A stretch of DNA of 62,160 nt, the filler included, from Pirum gemmata (Eukaryota), in the NCBI GenBank assembly GCA_002812295.1. It is 15 parts of 15 records of this genome, joined end to end, with 100 filler letters (N's around TTAATTAATTAA, not from the genome) between each part and the next. Parts side by side here need not be neighbours in the genome. Positions count along the whole stretch, not along the records: positions 58,924 to 62,160 come from PDIN01002972.1; 14 more parts are not named here. The stretch is one strand, 5' to 3'. Made by a program: the position numbers and the translations under genes. The notes beneath the pieces were generated by a model. That model worked only from the letters and a program-made list of their open reading frames with translations, was not told the DNA's origin and did no database searches. Shown here piece after piece: positions 61,504 to 62,160 of this stretch; the stretch's first letter is position 1; every line of letters begins with the position of its first letter.

Positions 61504-61960
61504 TTTTATGATAAGGTGAGGTACATATATGAAAAATCAATACCAACACCTTGTTGTTGTAAGGAGGAACTCAAGTGGGAACATTTTTATAAAAAGGTGA
61601 GATGCGTATTTGGAAAGGAAATACCAATACCGTGTGTTGTTGTAAGGATGATCTACTGAAAATAGTGTTCCGCTTCGAACAAAATGTTGAAATCTAAATG
61701 TAAGTACAGTCCTTTACTCAAAGTGAGGTGAATATTACTCTTATAGAAGAAAAGAGTAATTATCAAATGGAAGCTGGGCAGTAATTTGCTTTTCAAAACC
61801 GATTTTCAAAATTCCATCTGCTGTTCGGCAAAAGAAAGAAACTGGTATAAAAAAATAATTTCATTCACACGCCAATTTTCCATGAAAACTTGACAAGGCG
61901 ATTGCAAAAGCTTGCATGGCCGAAAGAGGATACTGATAATCAACAGTGAACAGATTAGGG
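61504..61960 (+). pseudogene. Decayed coding remnant with a duplicated 27-aa Cys motif
   Basis: FYDKVRYIYEKSIPTPCCCKEELKWEH followed by FYKKVRCVFGKEIPIP(fs)CCKDDL, then stops and frameshifts. Confidence 0.35.
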
Positions 61961-62160
61961 TAAACTTTGCCCATTTGCATAACTATGTAGTCAACTAGGT
62001 GTAAATAAAAAAGAATTAGTACTGTGATATTTTTCCTATTCTTGTATTATGTCTTTCAATTAGGTTGTATTTGGACATGGTATAAGTGAATATTTATTTA
62101 TTGCTATTGTTATTGTTATTGTTATTGTTATTGTTATTGTTATTGTTATTGCTATTGTTA

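Overview
Very AT-rich eukaryotic genomic DNA with TTAGGG-type telomere repeats, GT-AG introns and many microsatellites. The gene content (a RICTOR-like exon, a DUF1996 protein, ricin/EGF-Ca lectin domains, an LRR receptor with a Tyr-motif tail) suggests a unicellular opisthokont, possibly an ichthyosporean; this is inference only. The window is not one locus. About 15 small contigs, mostly ~3.3 kb, are joined by an artificial 100-bp N-TTAATTAATTAA-N linker, so adjacency across linkers means nothing. Coding content: a secreted DUF1996 protein with a duplicated C-terminal Cys module, a 903-aa ricin-B/EGF protein, a RICTOR-like exon, an LTR-retrotransposon protease fragment, a sugar-porter 3' fragment, a secreted three-repeat beta-prism-like protein, a decayed intron-containing CACTA/Tnp2-type transposase, an LRR single-pass receptor, an intronless NUDIX hydrolase resembling giant-virus proteins, a multi-exon gene with a ubiquitin-like domain, and several orphan ORFs. 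Non-coding content: eight MITE-like or interspersed repeat types and a 2-kb dimeric (73+81 bp) satellite. The most striking pattern is that (CCCTAA)n telomeric tracts repeatedly fill spliceosomal introns up to the 3' AG, where they supply CTAAC branch-point words, and removing them at GT..AG restores phase and conserved motifs. Telomeric tracts also interrupt MITEs and duplicated exons, and CTAG/AGCT filler DNA occurs at element junctions.
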